Assembly (NCBI GenBank): GCA_012295275.1
Contig: CM022668.1
Coordinates: forward strand, 1,922,001 to 1,986,000
Length of the DNA: 64,000 nt
Direction of reading: 5' to 3'
From: Chrysomallon squamiferum
Lineage: Eukaryota; Animalia; Mollusca
The notes beneath the pieces were generated by a model that saw only the letters and a list, made by a program, of their open reading frames with translations, was not told the origin of the DNA and made no database searches. Both the position numbers and the translations under genes were made by a program. Of the stretch, positions 1 through 12,614 are shown in pieces (position 1 is the stretch's first letter; each line of letters opens with the position of its first letter).

Positions 1-424
1 GGTGTTAGCGGGCTAAGTTTAGACACTTCTAGACGTCTGACGCTGCAAAACACTCTTTCGATAAATATAACTATGTCGACACTGTTAGAATAATAGTTAT
101 TTAAATTTCTGTATAATTGTTTTTCTTTCTTTGGTTTTTCTTTTATCTTTTTCTCTCCTGTTTCATTCTTTCTTTTATTTTTTTCCTTTTTTATTTTGTA
201 TTTATTTCAATTATCATTGTCATTTTAAAATTAAAAAAGAATTTTTTTTATTTAAACAGTGTCTTTCTTGATGCGAATGTATATGAATACTGTAAACATT
301 TTGTTATATATATATGTGTCTGTCCGTGTTTATGTGTGTGTGTCTGTTTGTGTATGCATGCTATGTATTCTACTGAAACAACCATAGCAGCAGTAAAAGT
401 TACAATGTTGCTTTTACTACAACT

Positions 425-519
425 AACATCAACAACAACAACAACAACAACAACAATAATATTAATAATAATAATAATATTCAGAACAACAACAACAACA
501 ACAACAATAATAATATTCA

Positions 520-571
<52 letters not shown>

Positions 572-600
572 AATAATAATAATATTCAGAACAACAACAA
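425..600. repeat. Compound (AAC)n/(AAT)n microsatellite with a higher-order unit ending AATATTCA(G/A)AAC
   Basis: The AAT-run/ATTCAGA/AAC-run module occurs about 3 times. Confidence 0.85.
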
Positions 601-617
601 CGTCCTCGACAACACGG
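560..617 (+). other. Candidate 5' UTR exon end of the GPCR
   Basis: Strong donor CGG|GTAAGA at 618 could pair with the polypyrimidine/TTTCAG acceptor at 1619, 17 nt before the ATG. The start coordinate is arbitrary. Confidence 0.4.
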
Positions 618-699
618 GTAAGAAAAAGAGGAAATGCAGACGGTAACACAGAGAGATTTACATTTAAACCGGGATAAAATAATGAAATTAAAATGTGTA

Positions 700-707
700 T
701 GACGTCA
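700..707. promoter_or_regulatory. Perfect CRE palindrome TGACGTCA upstream of the GPCR coding exon
   Basis: Exact 8-mer at 700-707 in a CpG-retaining region. Function is inferred. Confidence 0.35.
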
Positions 708-1636
708 CAGTACTATGTTGTAATAGCAACAGTAATAGATGTCATATTTCATCTGACTATAGAAGTTTAAATTTTATCTCCTCTCTTTCTAGAATTTAAT
801 AGTACACGTTTCTCATCGAGATCTCATTTTGTTTGTGATCGAAAAAAAAAAAAAAAAAAAAAAGAAAGAAAGAAAAAAGTTATAACCTGAAACTAACAGT
901 TTCAAAATTGAGTTCACGTCAAGAAAATGAGCAACTTTTTACAGTTTCCAATCAACGATGTTAGTAATTTCCCATGTAATGTTTTCTTAACAACCGGTTC
1001 TGTTAATAAAATAGGCATCAACATGCAATGATTCACAAAATAATTGTTTTTAACATTTTTATACAGATAAAAAAATAAATAATGTAGAAATTAGAGTAAT
1101 GGAGTTTAGAAGTAGTAAGTACATAATAGGAACAAAATAGCGAATTGTAGATAAATAAAGGCACATTTTTCTCTCTACTTGATATGTCTCCGTTTCTCTC
1201 TCCTTCTCTCTATCCGTGACTCTTTCTTATAAACCATTAAAAAATTAAAATTAAAAATAAAATAAAAAAATTAAATTTTTTTTAAAAAGAACCTGTATGT
1301 ATTGGTAAAGTATTTACATAACGCATATAAGTTGTTGGGAATATATATTTATATAAAGAGTGTTGCTTATATCGTTCTTATTAATTAGATTAGCTGTTTT
1401 TTTGTGTCTTTTTATACTGTTGGCTGCTAAAGATGATTTTCAACGAAACTATCGATTTACATATATGTTCTAATTTATATTATTATACACTTAACAAATA
1501 TTAAAGCTTTTTTAAATAATGTTTTAATGAAATAATAAATATAAATGATGTCTGTGATGAAGAAAATAATGATAATGAATGAATGAATGAATAAAACTTC
1601 TTTCTTTTTGTTTTTTCAGACAACTAAACGTTCATA

Positions 1637-3017
1637 ATGGCGGATATATCTGAAACGCTACTCATCATACCGGATGTCATAGCAGCGACACCTGCAGATC
1701 TAAATCCAAACTACAACCTTAACAGAGGAGACAACTACTCCATACTGACGTTCACGAACTCGACCCTTATTAAAAAGGGAATACTGGATGACGCTCAAGT
1801 TATCGTTCTTGGAATAATTTTGACTGTTGCTCTGTTCGGAAACACGTGCGTTCTCACGGCCTTGGCGAGAAAGCAGAAAATTCGAAGTCGAATGCACATG
1901 TTTATACTTCATTTGAGCATCGCGGATCTTCTAGTCGCTGTCTTCAACGTGCTGCCGCAGATGATCTGGGAAATCCACGGTCAGTTCTACGGCGGCGATT
2001 TTCTCTGTCGGTTTGTCAAGTACATGCAGATATTTGTAATGTACCTGTCCACGTACATACTCGTCATGACCGGCGTAGACCGCTACATTGCTATTTGTCA
2101 CCCTCTCTCCAACCACATATGGACAATGAGGACAGTAAACCTCGTGGCTGCTGGAGTCTATCTCCTGTCTGCAGTTCTTACCATACCACAAGCTCTGCTC
2201 TTCAAATACCAGGAGAAAATACCCGGCTCACAGAACTTCGAATGCTGGGTTCACTGGGATCCACCTTGGCTCTTACAGTTCTATATTACGTCGTTCACTT
2301 TTGCTGTGTACATCATACCCTTCATCATACTGGTGTATGTGTACGGAGCCATTTGCTACACTATTTGGACAAAACACAGAAACCTTAAAGCTTCTTTCGC
2401 CAGGAAGCATATTGTTAATGGAGTTAAATATCCCGGAAGATACGGAGCGACCCCTATCGGTGCACCAAGGAATGGTATTTACTATCCCAGAATGCACTCG
2501 CAGAGAGGGTTTTCTAGCGCCAAGTTAAAGACAGTGAAGCTGACGTTTGTCGTTATCGTCGCCTACGTCGTCTGCTGGTCGCCATTTTTTGTCTCTCAGC
2601 TCTGGTGGCTATACGACGAGTCTCTGCCTTACTCCAGTGAGTAAATCACGTGACAGCCGAAACAATTACATTTAATTAACATTTAGTTCATAGGTCTTAA
2701 AATTCGATAACTACTATACACAATACATACACATTGCCTCTTCTACATAAAAGAGTTATAGATAAACAGATAGACAGAGAGACAGTAATAGATTGAATAG
2801 ATAGACAGAGAGAGAAAGATAGATAAAGAAATATATTTGCAAGCTGCTAGATAAATAGACAGATTATAGAGGCAACATAATAGAAAGATAGATAGATGCA
2901 TACATATACAGATAGATAGATAGTGTTTCGTGTGTCAGAAAGACAGACTAACTTATGGACAGATAAGAAATAAGTTCAATAGAAGAAGAAAAACAAATGT
3001 GTATGTATATGAAGATG

Positions 3018-3097
<80 letters not shown>

Positions 3098-3248
3098 ATT
3101 AAATTAAGAAAAGAGATAAAATCGTTTGACATTTTGTCTGACAAGACCACGTGCTGTGAATTATAATTCACGTCATTTGTCTGTCGTCTGCAAAATACCA
3201 GGAATAACACATGCTGCAAAATGACTTCAATTAACTCATGGACAGGGA

Positions 3249-3283
<35 letters not shown>

Positions 3284-3934
3284 AAAAAGAAAGAAAGAAA
3301 TAAAAACAAATTAATATGCACATATAAAATAAAGATATAAAAAAAAAAGTGAACGAAAAAAAAAAAGGAAGAGAAAAGTAAAAGGAAAGAAAAGTAAAAG
3401 AAAAATAGAATAATAAAAAAAAATAAAATAAAATAAAATAAAATAAATGAAAAATATTTAATATTGCTGCTTGCAACAGCAATATCCTGCATTAGTGTCC
3501 TTCCGCGGTTTAAAATAGTTCTGTTTTTATCGCCATCTCAGATCACGCCGTGTTGAACTGTTCAAGCAGGTTAGTAATAAAATGACGCAGATTAACTGTC
3601 AGGAGTATTGAGAATTAGACTGTGTTAGATTTTCTTCAACATGAACCTTGCAGACGCAGTTCAAATATCTTCGGTCATTGTGAGCATGCCGTTTTCTATT
3701 TATTTCATCTTGAAAGTTTCACAGAGTCTGTTAATCATTTTTCCTTTTCTCAAATCGTTCATCTGCCCCTGGAATGCCAATTAAAAAGTTGATATTGAGT
3801 TCAGGTTGCTGATCTGCTTAGTGAGTTCCCCATATCACGTTTAATTAATTAACATTGTAATTAACTCTTCTGATTTCACTCTGATCTCACAGATCATATT
3901 CTCTAAAACATTTTCGTAAATATCAGTTTAAAAT

Positions 3935-3974
<40 letters not shown>

Positions 3975-4832
3975 GCTGCTGCTGACTACTACCATTGCTA
4001 TTACGACTACTACTACTACTGCTGCTGTTACTACTATCACTGCTATTACGACTACTATTATTACTGCTACAATTATAATTATCATATCCACTACAACTAC
4101 TACTACTATTACTTTTACCGCTACTACTGCTGGTACATCTCCTGTCTATCTATTTTGTTCTATTTTCAGATAAGGCTGTCGAGATAATGGTGTTAATGAC
4201 TAATTTAAACAGCTGCTGTAACCCGATACTGCTGCCTCTATTACTATTAGATCTACCATTATTACTATTACTTTTTCTATTTTTACCACTGCTACTACTG
4301 ACACATGTCATTTCTATTTTCAGATAAAGCTGTTGGTATAATGGTATTAATGGCCAGTTTGAACAGCTGCTGCAACCCGTGGATATATTTAGCATTCAGT
4401 GGAAATTTGTTTCGTTACCTGTCCCCGTGTTACAATTCACAGTGCTTGAGCCGCCGTGCACGCAAAAAGATGGACAGCCCCATCGTTAAACCCGGTACAA
4501 CAGTCGAACTCTATCACCTAGAGACGAAACGAACGCGATCTCTGACGTCATATCTTACGTCAAGAATGTCTCGTAAAGACGTTATGGTGTTAACGCCTAA
4601 AATGGCGGACGCTGTTAAAGCGCCGACGAAAAACAGCCAATCAGACGAAAGTAGTGACTGTCCGAAGTCTCCTCACGTAACGAAACGAGCGCGCGTGCAT
4701 GAACGTAGCCAAGACGAAGTAGCGGAAGCACAGAAAACCTGGGACAGAAACATGGGGGTGGGGACGTCAAGTGTGTGCAGAAAAGACTCAGCTACTTCTG
4801 ACGAGGATTCCTCTGTTGATATGAACAGATAA
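1637..4832 (+). CDS. Vasopressin/oxytocin-family neuropeptide receptor (conopressin/cephalotocin receptor-like class A GPCR), ~502 aa, exons 1637-2636 and 4324-4832
   Basis: Family motifs GN (TM1), HLSIADLLVAVFNVLPQMIW (TM2), DRYIAICHPL, KLKTVKLTFVV..CWSPFF (TM6) and ASLNSCCNPWIY (TM7). Donor A|GTGAGT at 2637 and acceptor TTTTCAG| at 4323 join in phase 1. The intron lies between TM6 and TM7 as in vertebrate VP/OT receptors. An acceptor at 1619 implies an upstream non-coding exon. Confidence 0.93.
4105..4225 (+). repeat. Tandem duplicate of the GPCR intron end, acceptor and first 56 nt of exon 2
   Basis: TTCTATTTTCAG|ATAAGGCTGTCGAGATAATGGTGTTAATG...AACCCG (4170-4225) matches 4324-4379 at 46 of 56 positions with no indels. 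Confidence 0.9.
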
Positions 4833-6721
4833 AAAAAACCCCAGTAAACTGACACACAAAGTTTCAGACAGAAATTAACATAAATAAACCAAAAGTCAAA
4901 AAAGTTGATAATACAAAAAAAAAAAAAAAAATAATAAAAAATAATAATAAAAAAAAATAAAAAAAAAAAAAAAAAATAAAATAAAATAAAATAATAATAA
5001 TAATAAAATAAAATATAATAAATTAAATAATAAAAAAGAAAGAAAAATAAAGAAAAGGAAGTAAATCATCATTTGATATACGAAAAAGACGAGTAAAGTT
5101 ATCTTTCTTTCAAATAACCAAAGCACATTTACATACATATATAGTACATAAACACATGCATACACATGTAGATACAGACATTCGAATACATATGTCAATG
5201 CGTACATGAACCAAGTTAAGACGTTTATCTAAGGGGTTAAAATAAAAAGGTGTGCGTGTGTAAATGCGATTATATTTGTACGTGTTACATAAATATATAA
5301 ATAAATAAATAAAATACTGAAATACAATTTAGAAAAAAAAAAAAAAAAAAAAAATAAAAATTACTGTTGATGTAAATAAATATAAATTATAAAACCTCCG
5401 TGTTCGTATTATTTTTGTATTGGTTTTCTACAAATAATATTTTTGTAACACACATACAGTGTTGTGTTGTTTTGATTAACATTTAATGACTTGTAGGACT
5501 ATCAATGATGCTGTTGTAGTAGATATAACATTTTTCAATGCATAAATTCGCACCCACGTCCCCAGGTTGTAGTTGCTCCAATGTCATATCCAAATTTCGC
5601 TGATCTTGAAGCAATAATAACAGAATTTTCACAATTGTTTGTATTATATAGTTTGAGCATAATAATTTGACCTATTTTTAATTTAGTACCCGAGATAAAT
5701 TTGCAAGTTAGTTTACATATAAATGTCATTCATACAGGTTTTTGATTCCTGATAATGACTAATCAAACATTTGTTTAATTGACGACGATGTCGTAAATAT
5801 TTAATAGGAACAGTAGTAATAGTCGTCATAGTAGTAGCACCAGAAATAGCAGTAGTAGTACTAGTATAACAGGTACAACTACAGCAAAAATCTTCTGTCC
5901 TTCAATTCGATATTACAACCACTGCTTCTGTAATCACTAAAGCAACCGCTGCCACTATTACTACCACTATTGCCACTAATACTATTACTGATGCTACTAC
6001 CACTCCATTACTACTACTACTACCACTACTACTACAACAACTCCTCATACTACTACCATGTTTATCATCAACATAACCTTTCTAACAATACTACAATTAT
6101 AAGTCCAGCTATATTAACATCAGAAATACAACATCTTTACATCAAATGCTGCTACAGTCACTTCACCAACTACCACTATTCTATTACTGCTACTACTATT
6201 ACCACTACAACAGCTACTGCCACTAATACTATTAAATTTACTAGGTAATATTACTATTAACAGGACTACTGTTATTCCTGCTATGGACGATTGTTTGGAT
6301 ATATTTTACGTCGTTATAAAACAACTACAAAGTAATTTTCACTAACAAGAAGAAATCTAAGACCATTTCGTGGAACTTTGAAAATCCTGAGATCAGTACC
6401 ACCCTATGAATCTTTCCCTGATTTCTGATACTGTTACTGCCACTGAAATTTAGGCATAATTATGAGGCTAATTGCAAAACCAGAAGTCAAAGTTGATCTA
6501 GAAACAGGAACACAAAACGTATAATACTTATAACTTTTGCCAACAATTAAATGAAATTAATTTTTAAAATTTCTTCTATTTATTATATAGATATTTAGAT
6601 AGATCTCATTTACCTTTCATTTTAAATAAAAAAAAAAATAATATAAGGAAACCATATAACCTCTTAACATAACAAATGTATTTTATTTCATTACGTACGC
6701 AAATAATTCTATATTTCAGAT

Positions 6722-6797
<76 letters not shown>

Positions 6798-6972
6798 GAT
6801 AACATTATGAAATACATATCTAATTCAGTTATCAAATATTAGAAATGTACCGTCTAAGGGAAGTAACTCTGTGAAGCAAATTCTCAGTAAATATGTGTGT
6901 AATAATTTAAACTTATACACACACACATGTATGCATACATTCATACACACATACATTTATATATATCTAAAC

Positions 6973-7242
6973 GTCAGAGGTCAACGGCATTACCTGTTGA
7001 AAAGGTTAACGACACTTATCGCAGATTTTTATTTCAAGATAGACTTAAATAAACCCATTACAAATAATAATAATAATATTTTATTGGTTTGTATGTTTGT
7101 TTTTATTATTATTATTTTTTTTTTGATTATTATTATTATTATTATTATTATTTGTAATGGGTTTGTTTAAGTCTATCTTGAAATAAAAATCTGCGATAAA
7201 TGTCGTTAACCTTTTCAACAGGTAACGCGGTTGAACTCTGAC
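6973..7242. repeat. Long inverted repeat (arms ~6973-7077 and ~7138-7242, AT-rich spacer)
   Basis: GTCAGAGGTCAACGGCATTACCTGTTGAAAAGG...CCCATTACAAATAAT is the reverse complement of ATTATTTGTAATGGG...CCTTTTCAACAGGTAACGCGGTTGAACTCTGAC with about 5 mismatches. Confidence 0.92.
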
Positions 7243-7347
7243 CTCGTTCAGCATCACTTCCGGGAAAATGGTGTCGCTAGCTGCAATTTTCTTTCAATAG
7301 ATTACTGCATCATTGATTGTTAGTTTTGTGTGCAGAACGCAGACAAC
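7243..7347 (+). promoter_or_regulatory. Likely promoter/5' UTR of the PAFAH1B gene
   Basis: CpG-containing segment with ETS motif ACTTCCGG (7256-7263) followed by a YY1-like AAAATGG, ~80 nt upstream of the ATG. Confidence 0.55.
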
Positions 7348-7846
7348 ATGAACCCGGCTGCCGACCCCAGGCCCATGGAAGATGTCCAGGGTGATGGAAG
7401 GTGGATGAGTCAGGTACAATAGCTGTCTTTTTTCTTTCCGGTTATAATTTTTTTAATTTGAGCGTCTGCAGCAGATACATTTTGTTACATCAATAAAATA
7501 ATTGAGCGATAAACACTAGTGTCATCGAAACCTTACCTCTGCAGATTATGATTATGTTAAAATTTTATGATTTACTTTTATACTATGCCTTTAAATATTA
7601 CAAGGCAAACCAAAATTGAAAAAAGCATTTAAATTATTACTCCACATTTGTATCAATAATTATATTATAAGCTTAGCCTAAACTAGGACTAGTATAATGT
7701 ACATTAATATAATCACCCTGAATTGTCTGAGTCATTACCATGATTATGAAATAAATAAATAAATAAATACATAAGCATTGCATTAAAGGATTTAGAATTA
7801 TAGAAAAATCAGCCTAATTCAAGTAATTGAATTCAATCAGTGAAGC

Positions 7847-7878
<32 letters not shown>

Positions 7879-10442
7879 TGGAATAAAAAAAAAAAAAGGA
7901 TTCTTTAATTATTTGTTATTAAAATTTTTGCATAGATGTAATATCATATGTACAGATTTATGGTGTTAATTTTTTTTATTTTTTATTTTTTTTTTTTTTT
8001 TTTAGCATGAACATTTTCTGAGTGAAGTACGTGAAAAGGAACCTGAAGTTATTTTGATAGGAGATTCTTTACTGCTCAACTTGAGCCATAGTCAGGTATG
8101 TAACATGGTTTCTGATACATTTAAAACAAAGACATTGTCAACAAAATGAAGTACTGATGTCGACCAAACATCATTTCTATAAATAATATGTTCAAAACAC
8201 ATACATTGACATCAAAATGAAATATTGATGTAGATCAAAATTGACATCTGTAAATAACCTTGTTTAAAACATATACATTGACATCAGGATAAACATCTGG
8301 ATATAATTTTTTTAATAATAAACACATTATTACATATATATACATTATTATCAGAATGGTTGCATTGATGCAGATCAAACTTAGCATCTAATCAAGTCAG
8401 GCTTTTATTCTGTTATTTACAGCATTAACATAAAAATAATCTCTGTTTTATTCTCTTTATTTCATTCTCTACTGAACAATGGCTTTAATACTTTCTTTAT
8501 TATTCTGCATGTAATGACTGCCATGCATTTGAATAATAACGCCAACTTTTTATAGCATCATCTATTAATGATGAATGTCAGGGTATTGAAATGCAATTAT
8601 GTGAATATATTCTAATTCATGAAATATAACAAAAGCATATTTTAGTACAGGTTAAATAAGTTTCTAATTCATTTCATTTAAAAGTACACTATGCCTGAAG
8701 CTTTTATTAAAAAATTTAATGATCTGTAATTGCTTTGTATTTGAAGTTCTTATTTAAATATTTAATTAAAAGTTGTATAATTGCACCATATTTGAAGGGT
8801 TTTTTAAAAAATATTTAATGATTTGTCATTGCACTGTAATTGAAGTTTTTATTTTAATATTCAATGAACAGATTTGGGGGAAGATGTTTGAACCTCTGCA
8901 CTGTTTGAATCTGAGTATTGGAGGGGATCAAACTCAACATGTTTTGTGGAGAATTCTCAATGGAGAGTTAGAAAATGTCCAGCCGAAAGTAAACATTACA
9001 GATATTTTTATTCTGATACATTTTTGTGTTATTTATATATAGGTGTGTGTGGCAGCATAGGATAAATAGTCTGATGTCATAAAATATAATTTAGAGTTGC
9101 AGTCTGTTAATGCAGTCCACTGCATCACAGATCAATTTATTTTCACCGTAAATAGTTTTGAAAATATCTAGACTTTCGTGTCTATGCATGTTTTTTGCTG
9201 AAATCAGTCAATAAGAAATGTTTTTGTGGAACCTGTCAGAATCTTAATTAATGAAATTATGCTAAAACTATGCACTTATTTTGCCAAGATTCACATAAAA
9301 TCTCTGACATATCACTGCTCTGTAGAATGTAGTTTATCTTATTCCATCAACACCTGAGTTTTTTAATGTTCACCATGTAATTGGTTATCCTATGCAGCCA
9401 CACATACACAGACATACACATATCCCACACATATATACAAACATACACACATATATACATACATACATAGATACTACATACATACGTACATATATTAAAA
9501 GTTTTGTTTTAATCCACTAAATATTTACAGTTTAATGAATCTGTGTTATTATTTTACTTAACCAGTCATGAAGATGCATCCTCCCTACCTTTATAATTAC
9601 ACTTTTTGTTTTACTTGGATAGAGAGCCAGATATTATTGAATAGTTTTTGTCAAACTGTTGACTGATTTATTGACATGAAGAGTATTGTGATTTTTTTTT
9701 TTGATTTTTTTTTTGTATTTCTACTATGATTAGATATATATAAAGAAATAATAGATTTTCATAAAATATTTTATTTCTTTTAATTATTAGTTGTTTAATT
9801 TAAATTTTTAACTTTCAGGTGATTGTGTTGTTGGTTGGCACAAATAATTACGAGCACTCTGCAGAACAGGTTGCCACAGCGATTAAGAAAATAGCAGAAG
9901 TAATCATAGAGAAGCAACCACAGACACAGCTTATTGTCATGGTAACAGCTGGTTCTAGTTTTATGTAGCTGCCATGGCAACATTGGATTCAACTTTTATA
10001 TAGTTATCATTGTAGCAGTTGGGTCTAGTTATATATAGCTGGTTCTAGTTTTATACAGTTGCCATAGTAACAGTTTGTTCTAATTTATATAATTGTTATG
10101 GTTGTAACAGTTGATCCTAGTTTGATATAGTTGCCATGGTAACAGTTGGTTCTAGTTTATATAATTGTTATGGTAACAGTTTATTTTTACTTTCATTAAT
10201 ATTACATAAACATATCAGTAGTAGAGCTAGTAATAATAATCTTGGTGTAGTAAAAGTCACTGTAGCCGTAATAACAGGGAAAGTGGAAGTGATAAACACA
10301 GGAATATAATTGCAAAGTACAGTAGTAGGACTGGAACACCTTGTACTAGAGTAATGGTAGACTAGTAATGTAGTAACAGTATAGTAGTGGAAGAAGCAGA
10401 AGTAGTAATAGTAAAAGTATTAGTTTTTTGGAAGTTTTAGTA

Positions 10443-10490
<48 letters not shown>

Positions 10491-10947
10491 TAAATATAAT
10501 AACATTAATGATAATAATAATATATATAATAACAATAATGATAATAATAATAAATATAATAACATTAATAATAATAATGATACCACAAATAATAATAGTA
10601 AAAATAATACTATTACTACTACAGCTACTACTACTGTTAATAATAACAGTTATAACAAATAGTGTTTTGATTGACAGGGGATTCCTCCGAGGGGACAGAG
10701 GCCTAACAAACTGAGAGAGAAGATAAAAGAAATCAACTTGAGCTTGGCGGAGATGCTAGCTGATATGGCCAGTGTGACATTTGTGAACATTGACCCTGCG
10801 TTGTTTGTCAGTGCGAAGGATGACACGATATCGGTGCGAGACATGTACGACTTTCTGCACTTCACAGACGAAGGTTACGAGAAACTTTGTGAACCTTTGT
10901 TAGATCAGATTGAGAATCTCTTTCTGTCGTTTGTAAAAGTCGACTGA
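7348..10947 (+). CDS. PAFAH1B2: Platelet-activating factor acetylhydrolase IB catalytic subunit (PAFAH1B2/PAFAH1B3-like), 221 aa; exons 7348-7413, 8006-8095, 8872-8988, 9819-9941, 10678-10947
   Basis: The spliced product MNPAADPRPMEDVQGDGRWMSQ-HEHF..EPEVILIGDS..-IWGKMFEPLHCLNLSIGGDQTQHVLWRILNGELENVQPK-VIVLLVGTNN..-GIPPRG..DMYDFLHFTDEGYEKLCEPL is colinear with human PAFAH1B2. GDS nucleophile and DxxH are intact. All introns are GT-AG and phase 0. Confidence 0.95.
8105..8390. repeat. Degenerate ~70-bp tandem repeat just after the PAFAH exon 2 donor
   Basis: AAAACACATACATTGACATCAAAATGAAATATTGATGTAGATCAAA-like unit, 3-4 copies. Confidence 0.75.
9932..10183 (+). repeat. ~33-bp tandem repeat made of the PAFAH exon 4 donor junction
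   Basis: The unit (T)TGYCATG|GTAACAGYTGGTTCTAGTTTTATATAG starts in the exon and is repeated ~7 times into the intron. Confidence 0.88.
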
Positions 10948-12580
10948 GGTTTTAACTTTTGCATTTTATTTTTATTTTCTCATACCAGATTAACTTCCTT
11001 TACGTTCTTCATAAGCACTGTCTGACTTTTGTTACATGTCATTTTAGTTTTAGAACAGATGGATAGCTTCTCTCTATTGTTTCTAAAAGCCAATCCAGAC
11101 TTTTTTATTATTTTATTTCTTTTCTACTGGATCGACAGCCTTTCAAGTTATTCATAAACTTTTGTTACATTTTATTTTAGTTTATGTGTAAGATTAAAAG
11201 AGGACTGTTTTTATTTTACACAATAATTTATATCCTGTTTTTTTAATTTAATTTAAAAATTCAGTAGACAGAGTTTACTCCCTTATTAATTTTTTTTAAA
11301 AATATTTTATTATTTTAAATATTTTCAGACCATATTGATAATATCTTTCAGTTTTTTTCTCAAAGTTTATCTGATGTTTAATTTAATTTAATAAGAATCT
11401 TCTCTTGTTTATAAATGTAGATACATTTTATTTCTATTTAGTGTTCTAGTCAAAAGTAGAATTTCAAATTATATTTTGTTTGGTGTTAATCTCTGGTATA
11501 CAAGATTAGAAATTTATTTAATTTGCTAAAAATAGTAATTTTTATTTATTTATTGAAACCTGATCCTATTGATATGTAATAATAATTTGTTACTTTCACA
11601 GGTTTATTTAATTTATTTATTTATATTTAAGTTAGTAATAACTGTATCATCTCTCTAAGATTTTGTCTTAGTTAATTTAAATTTGTTTTGTCTTTGTTAT
11701 GGACACAGAAAACTATTTATAATTCAGAGTAGATTGTATTTATTCAGCTATTTTTCTTTATACAAAAACAAAAAGAATAGGAAAAAAAAATGTGTTTTGA
11801 TTTTTGAGATTAATTCTCACTGTTATGTTACTGAATATTCTTATCTGCTTAATGTAAACTTGCAACTAAAACAAAATTTTACCCTAAAAATTATTTTAAT
11901 TTCTTTTAATTATCAAAATTATCTTACTGCTTTGAAGATTGTCTGCAAAAATGACAAAAAAAAAGAAAAAAAAAAACTAAAAAAAAGAGACATATTATGT
12001 TCACAGCTGTGTAAGCTAATTTATGTTCCCATTTTGTTTATAGCTTGTCACATCCATAACTGTGTTTATCAATTAATGTTATATATAAAGCAAAATAAAT
12101 ACAAATTATTGTCCTCTTTATCAATGGGTATTGCCATAATTACTCAGTATTGCTGGTTTAGCTCAAGAGATTTCAGCTATTTGTAATGCTGATAAATTAT
12201 AGTTATTAACTCTGCTTATTTAGCTAAATGTTCCTTGTTGGAAATGACAAGTTTTTGTAATTGTGCAGGATGTCATAATATCAGTTTTAGTAAATGGATT
12301 TAACTGTCTTAGTTAATGTCATGAGCATACTGAGACAAATACTAGGGAAAATGGATCAGATAACCTTGAACTAGTTTTAACTAAATTCATGTTCATACAT
12401 TAGCCTTTTTTTTTATCTGTATTTTATTATAAAAAAATAAACATAAGAAAATAAGAATTAGGAGCAGTTGTGAAAATGTAAATGAAAGCTTAATGGTCTT
12501 TTTACTTTTTGTTTTAGCTATTATTATAATTTATTTTCAATACACTTAACAAATTAGCAACAAAATATTCACTGTGCAGC

Positions 12581-12614
<34 letters not shown>

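Noticed and set aside
117-677. Long ORFs on both strands (poly-T/I/V/F), and the many similar ORFs throughout the track
   Set aside because: They are translations of AAC/AAT/GT/GATA microsatellites and A/T tracts, with no domain signal or splice support.
1846-2528. Overlapping alternative-frame and antisense ORFs inside the GPCR exon
   Set aside because: Expected by-products of a GC-richer coding exon, with no recognisable motifs.
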